64,000 nucleotides of DNA from an uncultured cyanobacterium (GCA_963703315.1 OY969811.1:3296001-3360000); one strand, 5' to 3'; numbered from the stretch's first letter, positions 1-11,242 are shown. A program made the numbers and translations. Notes: generated from the sequence alone by a model not told the origin.

Positions 1-69
1 CTTTGCAGTCGGCGTTTTTGAGGTTGAGGGAGTAACACAATAAAAGTCAGAATCGTGGACTAGGCGAAC

Positions 70-150
70 TCCCAGAAAGGGAGAAGGGGCGTAAGAGACT
101 TGTCTTGTTCCCCTCTCCTTTTTTGGGAGAGGGTCTAGGGGTGAGGGTCT
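70..150. repeat. Cyanobacterial palindromic intergenic repeat (CCCCTCTCC-N-GGAGAGGG...GGGGTGAGGG type)
   Basis: CCCCTCTCCTTTTTTGGGAGAGGGTCTAGGGGTGAGGG with a degenerate inverted partner at about 70-90. Confidence 0.6.
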
Positions 151-175
151 TGGCAATTCTCTTTGAGGTTGATCG

Positions 176-1330
176 TTATTTTGGGCTAAATAACCAGCCT
201 TTTTTCCAAAAGAAAAATAGCAAACCTCCAGAGATCGAAAACATCAGTAACCAGCATAAAGCGTAACCAAAAGGCATTTTTAACTCAGGCATATTTCCCG
301 CTACGCTTGTATCAAAATTCATGCCATAGACACCAGCTACGAAAGTAAGTGGAATAAACACTGTGGAAATCACTGTCAAAAAACGCATGATTTCGTTAGT
401 GCTGTTACTTAAGGACGACAGATAAATATCCATCAAGTTCGCGGCAAGTTCGCGATAGGTCTCCACCATATCGATTACCTGTACGGTGTGGTCGTAGCAG
501 TCACGCAGAAATACACGCACCTCGCGATCGATTAAAGGACTTTCCTCTCGAATCAAGGAATTAATTGCATCCCGTTGCGGCCAGATTGCTCGACGTAGTA
601 GTAATAATTCCCGCTTAATCTTATGGATTTTATCGAGGGTTTGGCGAGTTGGTTTTTCGACTACTTCATCTTGGAGATCTTCAAGACGTTCGCCATAGTC
701 CTCTAGTACTGGAAAAAAGCCATCAACGATCGCATCGATCAGGGCATAGGTTAGATAATCGGACTTTTGCGATCGAATTACCCCACGATTGCGATGAATA
801 CGCTGACGAATTGGCTCAAATACATCAGTTTCAGGTTCCTCTTGTACGGTCAAGACATAGTTTTTCCCCAAGATCAAACTTACCTGCTCATCATAAAACC
901 CTCTCCCATCTTCACGACTAGTCACCATGTGCAGAATGATTAATTCTTGTTTCTCGAAACTCTCTACTTTGGGGCGTTGAGGAATATTGACGATATCCTC
1001 CAGCACCAGTTCATGGAGGTTAAACACTTTGCCTAGACGTTGCAAGACATCTTCAGAACCTAAGCCTTGCACATCCACCCATGATACAGATTGGCTGTCG
1101 AGGTAAGGAAAACATTCTTCAGGTGTTGCTAGTTGAATCCCCAAAGCTTCATCAGCATTGTAATCAATCAAGAAAATATTGGGAATACTAGCATCTTCAT
1201 CAATGATTAATGTCCCCGGTGGACTACCTGGTTCGGGTTCATTAAAATCATAGAATTCTAACTCTTCGTCATTTTCTTCCGAATCGTCTTCAATTGGACT
1301 AGGCTTAAATCTGGTGGGGTTGTGAAGCAT
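176..1330 (-). CDS. corA: Magnesium/cobalt transporter CorA
   Basis: YGMNF signature, MPEL loop, two C-terminal TM helices, QRPKVE motif; ATG at 1330 preferred over GTG at 1354. Confidence 0.95.
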   Translation of the reverse strand: MLHNPTRFKPSPIEDDSEENDEELEFYDFNEPEPGSPPGTLIIDEDASIPNIFLIDYNADEALGIQLATPEECFPYLDSQSVSWVDVQGLGSEDVLQRLGKVFNLHELVLEDIVNIPQRPKVESFEKQELIILHMVTSREDGRGFYDEQVSLILGKNYVLTVQEEPETDVFEPIRQRIHRNRGVIRSQKSDYLTYALIDAIVDGFFPVLEDYGERLEDLQDEVVEKPTRQTLDKIHKIKRELLLLRRAIWPQRDAINSLIREESPLIDREVRVFLRDCYDHTVQVIDMVETYRELAANLMDIYLSSLSNSTNEIMRFLTVISTVFIPLTFVAGVYGMNFDTSVAGNMPELKMPFGYALCWLLMFSISGGLLFFFWKKGWLFSPK

Positions 1331-1453
1331 GGTTAAGCGAGTCGTGAAATACACTGACAGTGTGCCACATTGTTAAGGTTTGTACGTCTATAAAAGCTTA
1401 GAATCTTTCATCTGTTCCGTCTCGGCATATTTTTATATTTTGTATTAAAGTCT

Positions 1454-3031
1454 ATGAAATGCAAGGAAGCCTTCAGAGGGCTGCGTAAATTTGATTTGTG
1501 GTCGATCGCTTCGGCTACTTGTGTAAGTACAACTTTGGTGGGAAGTGCGATCGCGGGACCTTTACCCGAAAGGATTTTATGGGGAAATCCGACCTGTGAT
1601 GTTAGTACCTCAGAGATTTTGAAGAAGCATGAATTACGCAAAGCAGCTTTGATCAATGTCAAGGATCAAAAAGCACAGACACAATATCGGGAAATTATCC
1701 AAAAACATAAAAACGCATTACAAGCCTGTCGCGATCGCACTGCCCCACAAACCCAAGCAACTTGGATCAGACTCTATCCCAATGATGTTAAGGCAGGGGT
1801 GCTAGAGGATGTCTTTGATAAAATGGCAAATCGTGGCTATAACCAAGTTTTTGTTGAAGTTTTCTATGATGGGCGAGTGCTGCTACCTGTCGCGGATAAT
1901 CCGACTCCTTGGAAATCAGTAATGGAGGAAGCTGTCAAATCGGGAGAAGTGCCTGCGGATTATGATCTTTGGAAACAGGCGATCGCGATCGGGAGAGAAC
2001 GGGGCATTAAGGTTTATGGCTGGTCATTTGCGATGAACTTTGGCTATGGCTATAGCGAGGTCAAGGGGCGATCGGGAGAACTAGCCTTAAATGGCAAGGG
2101 TGAAAATAGTATTGCCAATACCAATTTTGATCGCCAGCAAGTAGCCAATGGACGTGCCTTTTATGAAGATGCCTATGAGGTCGATCATCTCTTTGTCGAT
2201 CCCTATAGTCGGCTGGCTAAAGATGATCTAACTACCGCAGTTAAGGCACTGATGCAACGCAATCCTGACGGCATGGTATTTGACTATGTGCGCTATCCCA
2301 CTAATGCCACTGGCAATTTAATTGATAATGTCCAACAGCTTTGGATTCATGGCAAATCATCACGTACTGCTCTATTAAATAGCATTGATAATAGAAATGT
2401 TAGAGAACTGATGGCACTCTATCTCAAGAGTGGAACCTTGACGGCGAATGATGTTGTCCAGACCGAAAAGCAACTTGCGGAAATTGCCAAAGTCCAACCG
2501 ACTAATATTAAAAATCCTCGTGAAACAGCAGAAATTGCTGAGGGTTTACTGTGGAATATCGCCATAAATCATGCCTATCAGGGTGTAGTTAATTTCGTTA
2601 CCGCAATTTCGACTCCCCTTAAGGAAAACAACCTTCCCATTGGCACGGTCTTTTTCCCTAATGGTAATCGTACCGAATCAGATAAGTATGAAGCGAGAAT
2701 GCAACCTTGGGATCGTTTCCCTAAATATATGGAACGTCATCCCATGACTTACGCTCTTTGTAGCGATGGAAGTTGCGTAGCAGAGCAAGTTTCGGAAGTA
2801 GTGCGGCAATCGTCACCTGAAACCCTAGTTTGTCCAATTTTAGCGGGAACTTGGGGACAGGGTTTTGACGGACATCCGAGTTTCGAGAAGCAAATGCAAG
2901 CGATCCGTACTAGAGAACCTCAGATTAATTGCTTTAGTCATTTTGTCTATTCATGGATGGAACCTGAAAGCGATCGCCTTCGCAAAGCAGGTAAAGCCAC
3001 AGGTTTAGAAAGCGCCACTTTACCAAATTAG
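1454..3031 (+). CDS. Glycoside hydrolase-like family 10 (DUF187/GHL10) protein
   Basis: N-terminal signal-like segment; GYNQVFVEVFYDG and PDGMVFDYVRYP motifs. Confidence 0.75.
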   Translation: MKCKEAFRGLRKFDLWSIASATCVSTTLVGSAIAGPLPERILWGNPTCDVSTSEILKKHELRKAALINVKDQKAQTQYREIIQKHKNALQACRDRTAPQTQATWIRLYPNDVKAGVLEDVFDKMANRGYNQVFVEVFYDGRVLLPVADNPTPWKSVMEEAVKSGEVPADYDLWKQAIAIGRERGIKVYGWSFAMNFGYGYSEVKGRSGELALNGKGENSIANTNFDRQQVANGRAFYEDAYEVDHLFVDPYSRLAKDDLTTAVKALMQRNPDGMVFDYVRYPTNATGNLIDNVQQLWIHGKSSRTALLNSIDNRNVRELMALYLKSGTLTANDVVQTEKQLAEIAKVQPTNIKNPRETAEIAEGLLWNIAINHAYQGVVNFVTAISTPLKENNLPIGTVFFPNGNRTESDKYEARMQPWDRFPKYMERHPMTYALCSDGSCVAEQVSEVVRQSSPETLVCPILAGTWGQGFDGHPSFEKQMQAIRTREPQINCFSHFVYSWMEPESDRLRKAGKATGLESATLPN

Positions 3032-3085
3032 TAGTAAATCCATGAAAACCTGCAAAGCAGGTTTTCATGGACTTACTCTAATTTT

Positions 3086-3169
3086 AAAATCCCAGAAGGC
3101 GATTTGCGGCGCGGAGCGCCGCAAATCGCCTTCTGGGATTTTGTCCTAAGTAAAACTTTTTTTGCTATA
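3086..3169. repeat. Partial TATAGC-ended hairpin element
   Basis: Hairpin with GCGGCGCGGAGCGCCGC core followed by the family right end GTCCTAAGTAAAACTTTTTTTGCTATA. Confidence 0.7.
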
Positions 3170-3171
3170 AG

Positions 3172-6100
3172 TCAGAAGGATAGGGTGAAGGTCTTAATTT
3201 CATAGGGTTTAAATGTAATTTGTAATTTGTTAGATGTATTTTCAACTTGTGGAAGAAGATTATGCTTGTGTTCCATGAGGTTACATTCCCAAATCTCCTC
3301 TACTTGTAAGAGACTAAATGAAATCTCAATATTTGTTTCTGTTGATTTACCATGAGCTTCATAAAAACGCATAATCCAGCCTGATTGATCCTGCGATCGC
3401 TTAAATGCTGAAAGAATGATATTTGGTGCAGAAACTTGTAAGAAACTTTGTTGTTTCAATTGAATTGGTGAATGATTTAAGACAATCGGATTATTTAATT
3501 CATGAGCAAGTTGGACAATATTTGCTTTGCGCCAATCACCTTGGTGTGGAACTAACCGATAAGTAAATTCATGGTTACCGCGATCGCTATTTGGACTAGG
3601 CCAATTAGGACTACGCAGCAACGTTAGGCGTAGACAATCAGGCTGTGCATCATAGCCATATTTACTATCATTAAGAATACTTAAACCAACCCCAAAATCT
3701 GATGCTGCCTGCGGCGGCATCAGATTTTCTGGGTTTGGAGAAAATGCAATATCTGCCCAATATTGAGCAGGAACTTCCCATTTTGCTTTGGCTTCAGGCG
3801 TTTCCCCCAAAGTGCTACGCTGAATCGTTCCCATTGGGATTTCGTAAGTGGTATAGGTTGATCGCCAGTTCACAGGAAATGATACTTTGACTAACGTATA
3901 TTCTTCTTGCCAATCAACCCAATTATGTACGGTGACAAACGCTTCAAAGGCAGTTAGTTGAATCTCTTGGATAAATGTTGAATTACGAAATTTCTGGACA
4001 ATGCGTAAGGATACTAATAGACTGTAATTTTCAGTGATTTCAATTGATTCAAGAGTCGTAGATTCCAGCTTTTTACTTTCGTAATTAGGATCAATATTCC
4101 ATGCATCCCAATATTGTCCTTTATCTTCAAAAAATTGCAATTCGCTCGCTGATTGCAGTATCGATTTTTGCGATCGCTTATCAAATACCTGAGAAATTGT
4201 GCCAGATTTAAGATCAATTTCAACTTGAATATAGGCATTATCTAGATAAAACTTCTCACTATCAGCAGTAATACTTAAAGGTTGATCAGTCTCAGTAATT
4301 CCTAAAGACTCAATGTCACTAAATCCAAAACTAGGTATGTTCTCTAACCAACATAATGAACCATCTGGCTTTCTAATTAATTGCGATCGCTGCCAATTGA
4401 GAAAGTTCCATGCTTGTGTATTAGGATTTCCGATCTGGCATTGAGGAAGAATCTGATTACAAATTTCTCTTACTTCAGTCCATGTGCGATCGGCATCAGT
4501 AAAGACTTCAGGAATTGATGTTCCTGGAAGAATGTCATGAAATTGATTGAGCAGTAAGCCTTGCCATGCAGTTTCTAATTGAGCTTGGGGATAGGGGAGA
4601 TTGGAGACTAAAGAGGCGATCGCGCTATATTTCTCAGCATTGCCTATTAATACTTCCACTTGGCGATTTTGACGTTTCTGATCCGCTTTAGTGGTGAATG
4701 TGCCACGATGGAATTCCAAATAGAGTTCATCTTGCCAAACAGGTAAATCTGAAGGTGATTGGGTTTTCAAGGTTACGAGGAAGTTCTCTAAGGCACTAGG
4801 CTGCATCTTAAAAAACAATGGTGATTCTGCCCACTTCCGCCCTAAATCCAGCATATCGGCAGTTGGTCCTCCACCATGATCACCCACACCATAGAGCCAT
4901 GCTGTTTCAGGAATATTATGCTTTTCTTCTTGAGTGGCGAGATATTTAGCGATCGCCACAGGTTCCAATCCTTGACCAATCTCATTACTAAAGTAAGTAA
5001 AAATCTGACTTCCATCTACACCTTCCCACCAAAAGATTTGATGCGGAAACTTATTGGTGTCATTCCATAATAATTTTTGGGTAACAAAAGCTTCAAAACC
5101 ACTTTTTAAAAGGATCTGGGGCATCTGCCAATGAAACCCAAAGGTATCGGGTAACCATGCAATTTTGACTTCTCGATTAAACTTTTCGCGAAAATATTCT
5201 TGACCATAGAGAATTTGTCTAATTAAAGATTCACCACTAGGTAAATTCCCATCAGGCTCTACCCACATCCCACCAATTAGTTCCCATTTGTCAGCCTGAA
5301 CTGCTGCTTGAATACGCGTAAACAATTCTGGATATTCCTGTTCCATCCATTGATAGGAAACCGCTGTACTTTGATTAAAAATTAGTTCTGGATAGCTTTT
5401 TTGTAAATTCAAAGCTGAGTTAAAGGTACGCTGCATCGCATTTTTAGTTTCAGCGATCGCCCATAACCAAGCCACGTCAATATGCGAATTTCCAAGTATA
5501 TAAATCTGTCGTTGTTGGAGAAATTCGCTATATTGCAGCAGTGGTTCACGAATTTCCGCTAGTTTCTCAAAAAAGCGATCGCTTGCTATCTCGCCAGATC
5601 GAGAAAATAAAGAGATTAAATTATTAGTAGCAGTTTCTAAAGGTTGTAAATCAATTTGATGCTTAGTAAAAACTGGAATATAGGTTTGGAGAAGCTCTAA
5701 TTCAGTAGCCAACCTATCAGGGTCACAGGCTTGATGAGGATATTCAAAAACTATTTCTGCAAGCTGTAAAGCACCAATATCATGCTTAGGACTATTGAGC
5801 TTAATTTCTAGAGTAAATTCATAATCAGGTTGTGCATCATCAGTTAATAAAATTCGACATTTCTGATCAAACAAATCACCTTCTTGGACTTTTTGATGAT
5901 TAACCCATATCTCACAAATATCCGCCCACCAAATTAAATTTAAGCGGATAGTTGCACCTAATGTTGGTAATTCTGCATAGGTTTCTGGTACTTGCCAATT
6001 TTGTCTTAAATAAATATTTTCTTCCCGTTGCAAGAAAGATAACATCGGTTTGTTTTGCTTAGAATTTATCGTTGCTAAATTCTCCCAAACACCTTGTTTG

Positions 6101-6192
6101 TTTTGTCTTTGCCAATTACTGAGTATTGATAAATGCGATCGCAATCGTAATTTATTAATAACTTCAGTCAAACTGTCTACTAAATCAATCAT
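3172..6192 (-). CDS. Alpha-mannosidase (glycoside hydrolase family 38)
   Basis: SHIDVAWLW, GGMWVEPD, WLPDTFG, GDHGGGP, ELYLEFHRG and NQFHDILPG motifs. Confidence 0.95.
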   Translation of the reverse strand: MIDLVDSLTEVINKLRLRSHLSILSNWQRQNKQGVWENLATINSKQNKPMLSFLQREENIYLRQNWQVPETYAELPTLGATIRLNLIWWADICEIWVNHQKVQEGDLFDQKCRILLTDDAQPDYEFTLEIKLNSPKHDIGALQLAEIVFEYPHQACDPDRLATELELLQTYIPVFTKHQIDLQPLETATNNLISLFSRSGEIASDRFFEKLAEIREPLLQYSEFLQQRQIYILGNSHIDVAWLWAIAETKNAMQRTFNSALNLQKSYPELIFNQSTAVSYQWMEQEYPELFTRIQAAVQADKWELIGGMWVEPDGNLPSGESLIRQILYGQEYFREKFNREVKIAWLPDTFGFHWQMPQILLKSGFEAFVTQKLLWNDTNKFPHQIFWWEGVDGSQIFTYFSNEIGQGLEPVAIAKYLATQEEKHNIPETAWLYGVGDHGGGPTADMLDLGRKWAESPLFFKMQPSALENFLVTLKTQSPSDLPVWQDELYLEFHRGTFTTKADQKRQNRQVEVLIGNAEKYSAIASLVSNLPYPQAQLETAWQGLLLNQFHDILPGTSIPEVFTDADRTWTEVREICNQILPQCQIGNPNTQAWNFLNWQRSQLIRKPDGSLCWLENIPSFGFSDIESLGITETDQPLSITADSEKFYLDNAYIQVEIDLKSGTISQVFDKRSQKSILQSASELQFFEDKGQYWDAWNIDPNYESKKLESTTLESIEITENYSLLVSLRIVQKFRNSTFIQEIQLTAFEAFVTVHNWVDWQEEYTLVKVSFPVNWRSTYTTYEIPMGTIQRSTLGETPEAKAKWEVPAQYWADIAFSPNPENLMPPQAASDFGVGLSILNDSKYGYDAQPDCLRLTLLRSPNWPSPNSDRGNHEFTYRLVPHQGDWRKANIVQLAHELNNPIVLNHSPIQLKQQSFLQVSAPNIILSAFKRSQDQSGWIMRFYEAHGKSTETNIEISFSLLQVEEIWECNLMEHKHNLLPQVENTSNKLQITFKPYEIKTFTLSF

Positions 6193-6255
6193 TTTTATTA
6201 ACTCCTAATAGTTTGAATTTAAGAAGCAAAGGAAGTGCAAAGCATTTCTTTTGCT

Positions 6256-7509
6256 TTACATTAATGTAATACCTTGGGCAGCAATCCAAGCAGTAGTCCA
6301 AGCATTTTGAAAATTAAATCCACCCGTCACACCATCAATATCTAAAATCTCTCCTGCAAAAAACAAACCTGAGCAAATTTTACTTTCCATTGTCTGAAAA
6401 TTCACATCCTGTAAGCGAATCCCGCCACAGGTGACAAACTCCTCTTTAAATACACCTTTACCCGCGATCGCATATTCACTGGCATTTAACACATTCGCAA
6501 TTTGCTGAATTGACTTATTAGAAATATCAGCCCAACGCTTTTCTGGTTCCACTTCGGCTTTATCAAGCAAATATTCCCATAGGCGCAGGGAAATCTCAAA
6601 GGGACAATAGTTAGAAATAAATTTCTTAGATTGATCGGCTTTCGCGGTTAGGAGTATTTGCTTAATTGCTTCCACTTTTAGCGATGGAATCCAGTTAACG
6701 GTTAATTGGGCTTGATATTTACATTCATGGAGTTCTCGCGCCGCCCATGCCGATAACTTCAATACGGCGGGACCACTTAAGCCCCAATGGGTGATTAATA
6801 ATGCACCTGATTGTTCTAATTGATTACGACTAGATTTTTTCTTTTCAGGATTAGCGGAACTAACTAATTTAACAATGGCAGGATCAACGCTTACGCCTGC
6901 AAGTTCATGTAATTTAGAATCTTTGATATTGAAAGTAAACAGAGAAGGAACGGGTGGCTCTAGTTCATGACCTAGCGATCGCGCGATCGCATATCCCGAT
7001 GGGCTGCTACCTGTAGCTAGCAATAGGCGATCGCACAGGATGTTTTCACCATTTTTGAGAATGACATCAAATTTGCTATTTCCTAAATGTTCAATTCTCT
7101 GCACTAACACATTATTGCGAAGCACAACACCAGCTTTTTTGGCAGCAAACATTAATGCTTCCACAATCGTTTCTGAATCATCAGTAACAGGAAACATTCT
7201 GCCATCGGCTTCGGTTTTAAGCTTCACTCCCTCGTTATTAAACCATCGCACTACATCTAAAGGCTGAAAGCGTGAGAAAGCTCCCCGTAACGCTTTACTA
7301 CCTCTAGGATAGTTCTGCACTAATTGCGAAGCTTCAAAACAATGGTGCGTAACATTGCAACGTCCTCCCCCTGAAATGCGTACTTTCGCCAGAGGTTGTC
7401 GTCCTGCCTCTAGCAAAGTTACTCGCGTATGGGGTGCTTGCGCTGCATGGATTGTGCCAAAAAATCCTGCTGCTCCACCACCAATTACTACTACTTCTAT
7501 ATTTGTCAT
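6256..7509 (-). CDS. NAD(P)/FAD-dependent oxidoreductase, HI0933/BaiN family
   Basis: IGGGAAG, KVRISGGGRCNVT, THWGLSGP, VTCGG and GGFNFQNAW motifs; start at ATG 7509 because the upstream extension lies in a repeat. Confidence 0.92.
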   Translation of the reverse strand: MTNIEVVVIGGGAAGFFGTIHAAQAPHTRVTLLEAGRQPLAKVRISGGGRCNVTHHCFEASQLVQNYPRGSKALRGAFSRFQPLDVVRWFNNEGVKLKTEADGRMFPVTDDSETIVEALMFAAKKAGVVLRNNVLVQRIEHLGNSKFDVILKNGENILCDRLLLATGSSPSGYAIARSLGHELEPPVPSLFTFNIKDSKLHELAGVSVDPAIVKLVSSANPEKKKSSRNQLEQSGALLITHWGLSGPAVLKLSAWAARELHECKYQAQLTVNWIPSLKVEAIKQILLTAKADQSKKFISNYCPFEISLRLWEYLLDKAEVEPEKRWADISNKSIQQIANVLNASEYAIAGKGVFKEEFVTCGGIRLQDVNFQTMESKICSGLFFAGEILDIDGVTGGFNFQNAWTTAWIAAQGITLM

Positions 7510-7532
7510 TAAATTTCTAGATGGGTTTAAGA

Positions 7533-7623
7533 ACTTCGGCATAATTAAAACCCAGTTCTAAAACCTGTGGCGCACGCTGCGTGTGCGCCACAGGTTTTAG
7601 GATTTTATATTTAATGCCGAAGT
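7533..7623. repeat. Miniature inverted-repeat element (CCTGTGGCGCACGC core)
   Basis: Terminal inverted repeats ACTTCGGCAT/ATGCCGAAGT; internal hairpin nearly identical to that of 58224-58327. Confidence 0.75.
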
Positions 7624-7625
7624 GG

Positions 7626-7937
7626 TTATTGATTAACTTTGGGGCGACAGGCTTGAAAAAGGTTGATTACTTCTTTGGGGACTTGCTTAGTTTCTCTGAC
7701 AGCAGTATCGAGTTTGAGAAACTCAGCAAAGGTATATTGCGATCGCAATTTGTCTAAACTGCAAGTACAAAACTCTTTATTGTTAGTAAATCCACAACCT
7801 TTCATAAAAGTTTTAACTACTTCTTGTGGATACTCATGCTTTTCTTGATTAGCTGGTTTATTCTCTGCTGACCATGCGATAGAGGTTCCACTACTAACCA
7901 ATAGGAATGTACAGAAAGAGAGGAATTGATGGCGCAT
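7626..7937 (-). CDS. Small secreted hypothetical protein (Cys-containing)
   Basis: Signal peptide MRHQFLSF...AWS; YPQEVVKTFMKGC...FCTCSLDKL pattern. Confidence 0.7.
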   Translation of the reverse strand: MRHQFLSFCTFLLVSSGTSIAWSAENKPANQEKHEYPQEVVKTFMKGCGFTNNKEFCTCSLDKLRSQYTFAEFLKLDTAVRETKQVPKEVINLFQACRPKVNQ

Positions 7938-8023
7938 AAAATTGAGAATCTTAATCTTTGTTATATTAGCAACTAGCTGCAACGTTTCATACCAATTTGG
8001 CAAAAATACCGCCTCAAGCAATA

Positions 8024-8137
8024 TATAGCAAAGCAAGTTTTGCTTAGGATATAAAGCCAGAAGATGAGTTGCGGCGCGAAGCGCCGCAACTCATCTTCTG
8101 GCTTTTATTTGTACTAGCTAACTCTTGCTTTGCTATA
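8024..8137. repeat. TATAGC-ended miniature inverted-repeat element
   Basis: Ends TATAGCAAAGCAAG/CTTGCTTTGCTATA around a GCGGCGCGAAGCGCCGC hairpin. Confidence 0.85.
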
Positions 8138-8229
8138 TTTTTAATAATTTCTATCATCAGGATGACTGCATTGATTACGATTTCATGACAACATCTATAG
8201 TAGTCGTCCTGTTTTGCTTGAGCAATTGA

Positions 8230-9324
8230 ATGAAATCTCCTGACCGTTTGTTAATTGTTGATGATGTGCCAGACAATCTGTTTCTTGTTCGCACCATACT
8301 CGAAGAAGAGGGGTATGAGATTTTAACTTCATCCAATGGTCATGATGCTCTCAAAATTGTCGAATCAGAACCGCCAGATTTGGTTTTGTTGGACGTGATG
8401 ATGCCCCAGATGGATGGCTATGAGGTGACCCGCCGTATGAGGGCAATGAAAGATTTGCCATTTATTCCGATTTTGTTGATTACGGCTTACGATCGCGCTA
8501 ATGCAGTTAAAGGGCTAGATCTCGGTGCAGATGAATTTATTCGCAAGCCCATTGAAGCTGATGAACTATTGGCTAGGGTGCGATCGCTACTGCGTTTAAA
8601 ACATAGTATTGCGGAGCGCGATCGCATTGACCGTCAGCGACAGGACTTTGTATCACGACTAACCCATGATTTGCGGACACCGCTAGTTGCCGCTGATCGG
8701 ATGTTAGGACTTTTGCAAGATGGTGTATTAGGAGAGATTTCGCCAGAAATTCGGGAAGCGTTGACGATTATGGGGCGCAGCAATCATAACTTGCTGGAAA
8801 TGGTCAATAAGCTCCTAGATGTTTATCGATACGAATCAGGTAGCAAGACTATTAATTTGCAACCTTTAAATTTAAAAGAACTACTGGAGCAGGTCGTACA
8901 GGAACTGAAACCGATCGCTATTTCTAAAAATCTGGAACTAACGGCTGAGCTTGAGGACACGGGCGCAGTTAAAGGCGATCGCCTAGAGCTATTACGAGTA
9001 TTTAATAATCTGATTGGGAATGCACTCAAATTTACGGATGCGGGTAACATTCATATTAGCTTGACCAAAAGCAAAACCGAGGCAGTCATCGCGATCGCGG
9101 ATACAGGGGCAGGGATTCCATTGGAAGAGCAACCATTCTTGTTCCAAAGATTTCGCCAAGGCAGTCATCAAAAACAAGGTAGTGGTCTAGGATTGTACCT
9201 GTCGCACTATATTATTAGCGCCCATGATGGCAAAATTCTAGTCAAGTCACCAAATAAGTCATCAGATCTCGATTCTAACCAAGGTTCTACTTTCTTTGTG
9301 CATTTGCCTGTCATTACCCCATGA
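8230..9324 (+). CDS. Hybrid receiver-histidine kinase (REC-HisKA-HATPase)
   Basis: LLIVDD and DLVLLDVMMP receiver; THDLRTPL H-box; NLIGNALKFT, DTGAGI and GSGLGL boxes. Confidence 0.95.
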   Translation: MKSPDRLLIVDDVPDNLFLVRTILEEEGYEILTSSNGHDALKIVESEPPDLVLLDVMMPQMDGYEVTRRMRAMKDLPFIPILLITAYDRANAVKGLDLGADEFIRKPIEADELLARVRSLLRLKHSIAERDRIDRQRQDFVSRLTHDLRTPLVAADRMLGLLQDGVLGEISPEIREALTIMGRSNHNLLEMVNKLLDVYRYESGSKTINLQPLNLKELLEQVVQELKPIAISKNLELTAELEDTGAVKGDRLELLRVFNNLIGNALKFTDAGNIHISLTKSKTEAVIAIADTGAGIPLEEQPFLFQRFRQGSHQKQGSGLGLYLSHYIISAHDGKILVKSPNKSSDLDSNQGSTFFVHLPVITP

Positions 9325-9896
9325 GTAATCACCAACTCCAATACGATACCCTTCTCAGCCATTACAGCAGCCCTCTGGAGGCGATCGCTATTTTGCGAGA
9401 ATATCGTCCATATTTTGAGCTAATTCCCAGTCTCCGCCGTCCCAGTGAAAGCTTAATTTCCATTCCATTACCAGTAGTGCAGATTAGTAGCCCTAATTTG
9501 ACGCAAAATCACATTCAATTACAATGTGACCTTGCGATGATTATGTGTGATCCTGACTGGAAAGTAAAAACGGGGCAGGAAATATTTGTATTTATCCATC
9601 GACCTAATGAGGATTATGCGGCACTTTTAAATCGGTGGCGACAAGTAGAAGTTGCCCTTGGGGATGAATACTATTGGCTTTTACCTTGGAAACATCGCAG
9701 CATTATTAGCGATCGCGGTGAATATCATTATCCTCTATTTATCACACTAGACTATTCTCCACCTCGTATTACTAAAGGTTTAGAAGGTGCATCTCTGCCC
9801 CATGTTCAAGCCGCGATGCCAGCGATCGATCTACCACCAGATACTGATGAAAATCAAGAGGAACATATTTATAGCGATCCAAGTAAATTAGAGTAG
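9321..9896 (+). CDS. Conserved cyanobacterial hypothetical protein
   Basis: 191-aa ORF with ATGA overlap with the kinase stop; YRPYFELIPSLRR and MCDPDWKVK motifs. Confidence 0.75.
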   Translation: MSNHQLQYDTLLSHYSSPLEAIAILREYRPYFELIPSLRRPSESLISIPLPVVQISSPNLTQNHIQLQCDLAMIMCDPDWKVKTGQEIFVFIHRPNEDYAALLNRWRQVEVALGDEYYWLLPWKHRSIISDRGEYHYPLFITLDYSPPRITKGLEGASLPHVQAAMPAIDLPPDTDENQEEHIYSDPSKLE

Positions 9897-9979
9897 ATAG
9901 AAAAATTTGTAGAGCTAATGAGACATATCGCAAACCTAGATTCAAGTGCCAAGATTGCGGACGCGAGTTTGTCGAAATT

Positions 9980-11044
9980 TTAAGAGCGCTTTTCCAATGC
10001 CAACTCTACAAGCCGATCGCATAGTTCTGTAAATGGAATCCCTGAATATTCCCATAACTTTGGATACATACTCAGTGAGGTAAATCCGGGAAAAGTATTG
10101 ATTTCATTAATTAAAACCGTTCCCGTTGCTTCCACATAGAAGAAATCGACTCTGGCTAAACCTGAGCCAGCCACAGTTTGAAAAGCTTTAACTGCCATTG
10201 ACTGCACTGCTTGAGTCACATTGTCAGGCAATTTACTGGGAATAATTAAATCCGCTTTACCTGCCGTGTATTTGGTTTCATAATCATAGAAATCACTAGT
10301 GAAAGTAATTTCACCGATCGCTGAAGCTTGTGGTTGTTCATTGCCGAGAACCGCACATTCGATTTCACGGGCAGTTACGCCTTGCTCGATGATGATGCGT
10401 GGATCGTAACTAGTCGCACTAGCGATCGCCTCTTTTAACTGTTGGCGATCGCGCACTTTAGAAATACCCACCGACGAGCCGAGATTTGATGGCTTCACAA
10501 AGCAGGGATAACCAAGAGTTGCCTCGATATGTTCACTCCATGACTGCTCATCTTGTTGCCATTGCCAACGATTGAGCGCCACATATTTGACCTGTGGCAA
10601 ACCTGCATTCGCAAAAATTGCCTTCATCGCAATCTTATCCATTCCCACGGATGAAGCAAGTACACCATTACCAACATAAGGCTTATGCATCAGTTGCAAT
10701 AGTCCCTGAACTGTTCCATCTTCGCCATTAGGACCATGTAAAACGGGAAACCAGAGATCAATTTGCTGGACTTCCGTTGGCAAGAAAAAAGCGGCATTGG
10801 TTAATAATTCTGAATCTGCTAACGCTTTGCCTGAGTCTAAAACCTGTTGTGATACATCGGGACTGCGCCACGTACCATCGCGCTGAATGTAGAAGGGTTG
10901 AACTTGATAACGAGAGTTTTGACTGAGGGCTGAGGCGATCGCTTTTGCTGATGTAATCGACACATCATGTTCGCCAGACTGTCCACCAAATAGCAAGCCG
11001 ACATAAAGAGGAGATTTTGCCTGCAAATCCATCATACCTATCAT
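9980..11044 (-). CDS. ddl: D-alanine--D-alanine ligase
   Basis: [38 protein letters not shown] and NEINTFPG motifs. Confidence 0.97.
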   Translation of the reverse strand: MIGMMDLQAKSPLYVGLLFGGQSGEHDVSITSAKAIASALSQNSRYQVQPFYIQRDGTWRSPDVSQQVLDSGKALADSELLTNAAFFLPTEVQQIDLWFPVLHGPNGEDGTVQGLLQLMHKPYVGNGVLASSVGMDKIAMKAIFANAGLPQVKYVALNRWQWQQDEQSWSEHIEATLGYPCFVKPSNLGSSVGISKVRDRQQLKEAIASATSYDPRIIIEQGVTAREIECAVLGNEQPQASAIGEITFTSDFYDYETKYTAGKADLIIPSKLPDNVTQAVQSMAVKAFQTVAGSGLARVDFFYVEATGTVLINEINTFPGFTSLSMYPKLWEYSGIPFTELCDRLVELALEKRS

Positions 11045-11080
11045 TAGTCAACACCCTCGTCAAATTGAGATCAAACTTTC

Positions 11081-11183
11081 AAGTAGCTCAGTATAGTTAA
11101 AACCCAAAACCAGAGCTTATGCCGCCCGCATAGAAGGTGGCACAAGCTTTTAGATTTTAAGTTTACTTATGCTGAGCTACTTA
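11081..11183. repeat. AAGTAGCT-ended miniature inverted-repeat element
   Basis: Ends AAGTAGCTCAG/CTGAGCTACTT; diverged reverse-complement copy of 35275-35378. Confidence 0.85.
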
Positions 11184-11242
11184 GTATTGAATACTTTACA
11201 TTAAAGTTCGCCAGTTCTAAGGATGAAATGCAACGCCTAATT

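Noticed and set aside
2..43. Possible 3' end of a plus-strand gene (FAVGVFEVEGVTQ*)
   Set aside because: Too short to support a call
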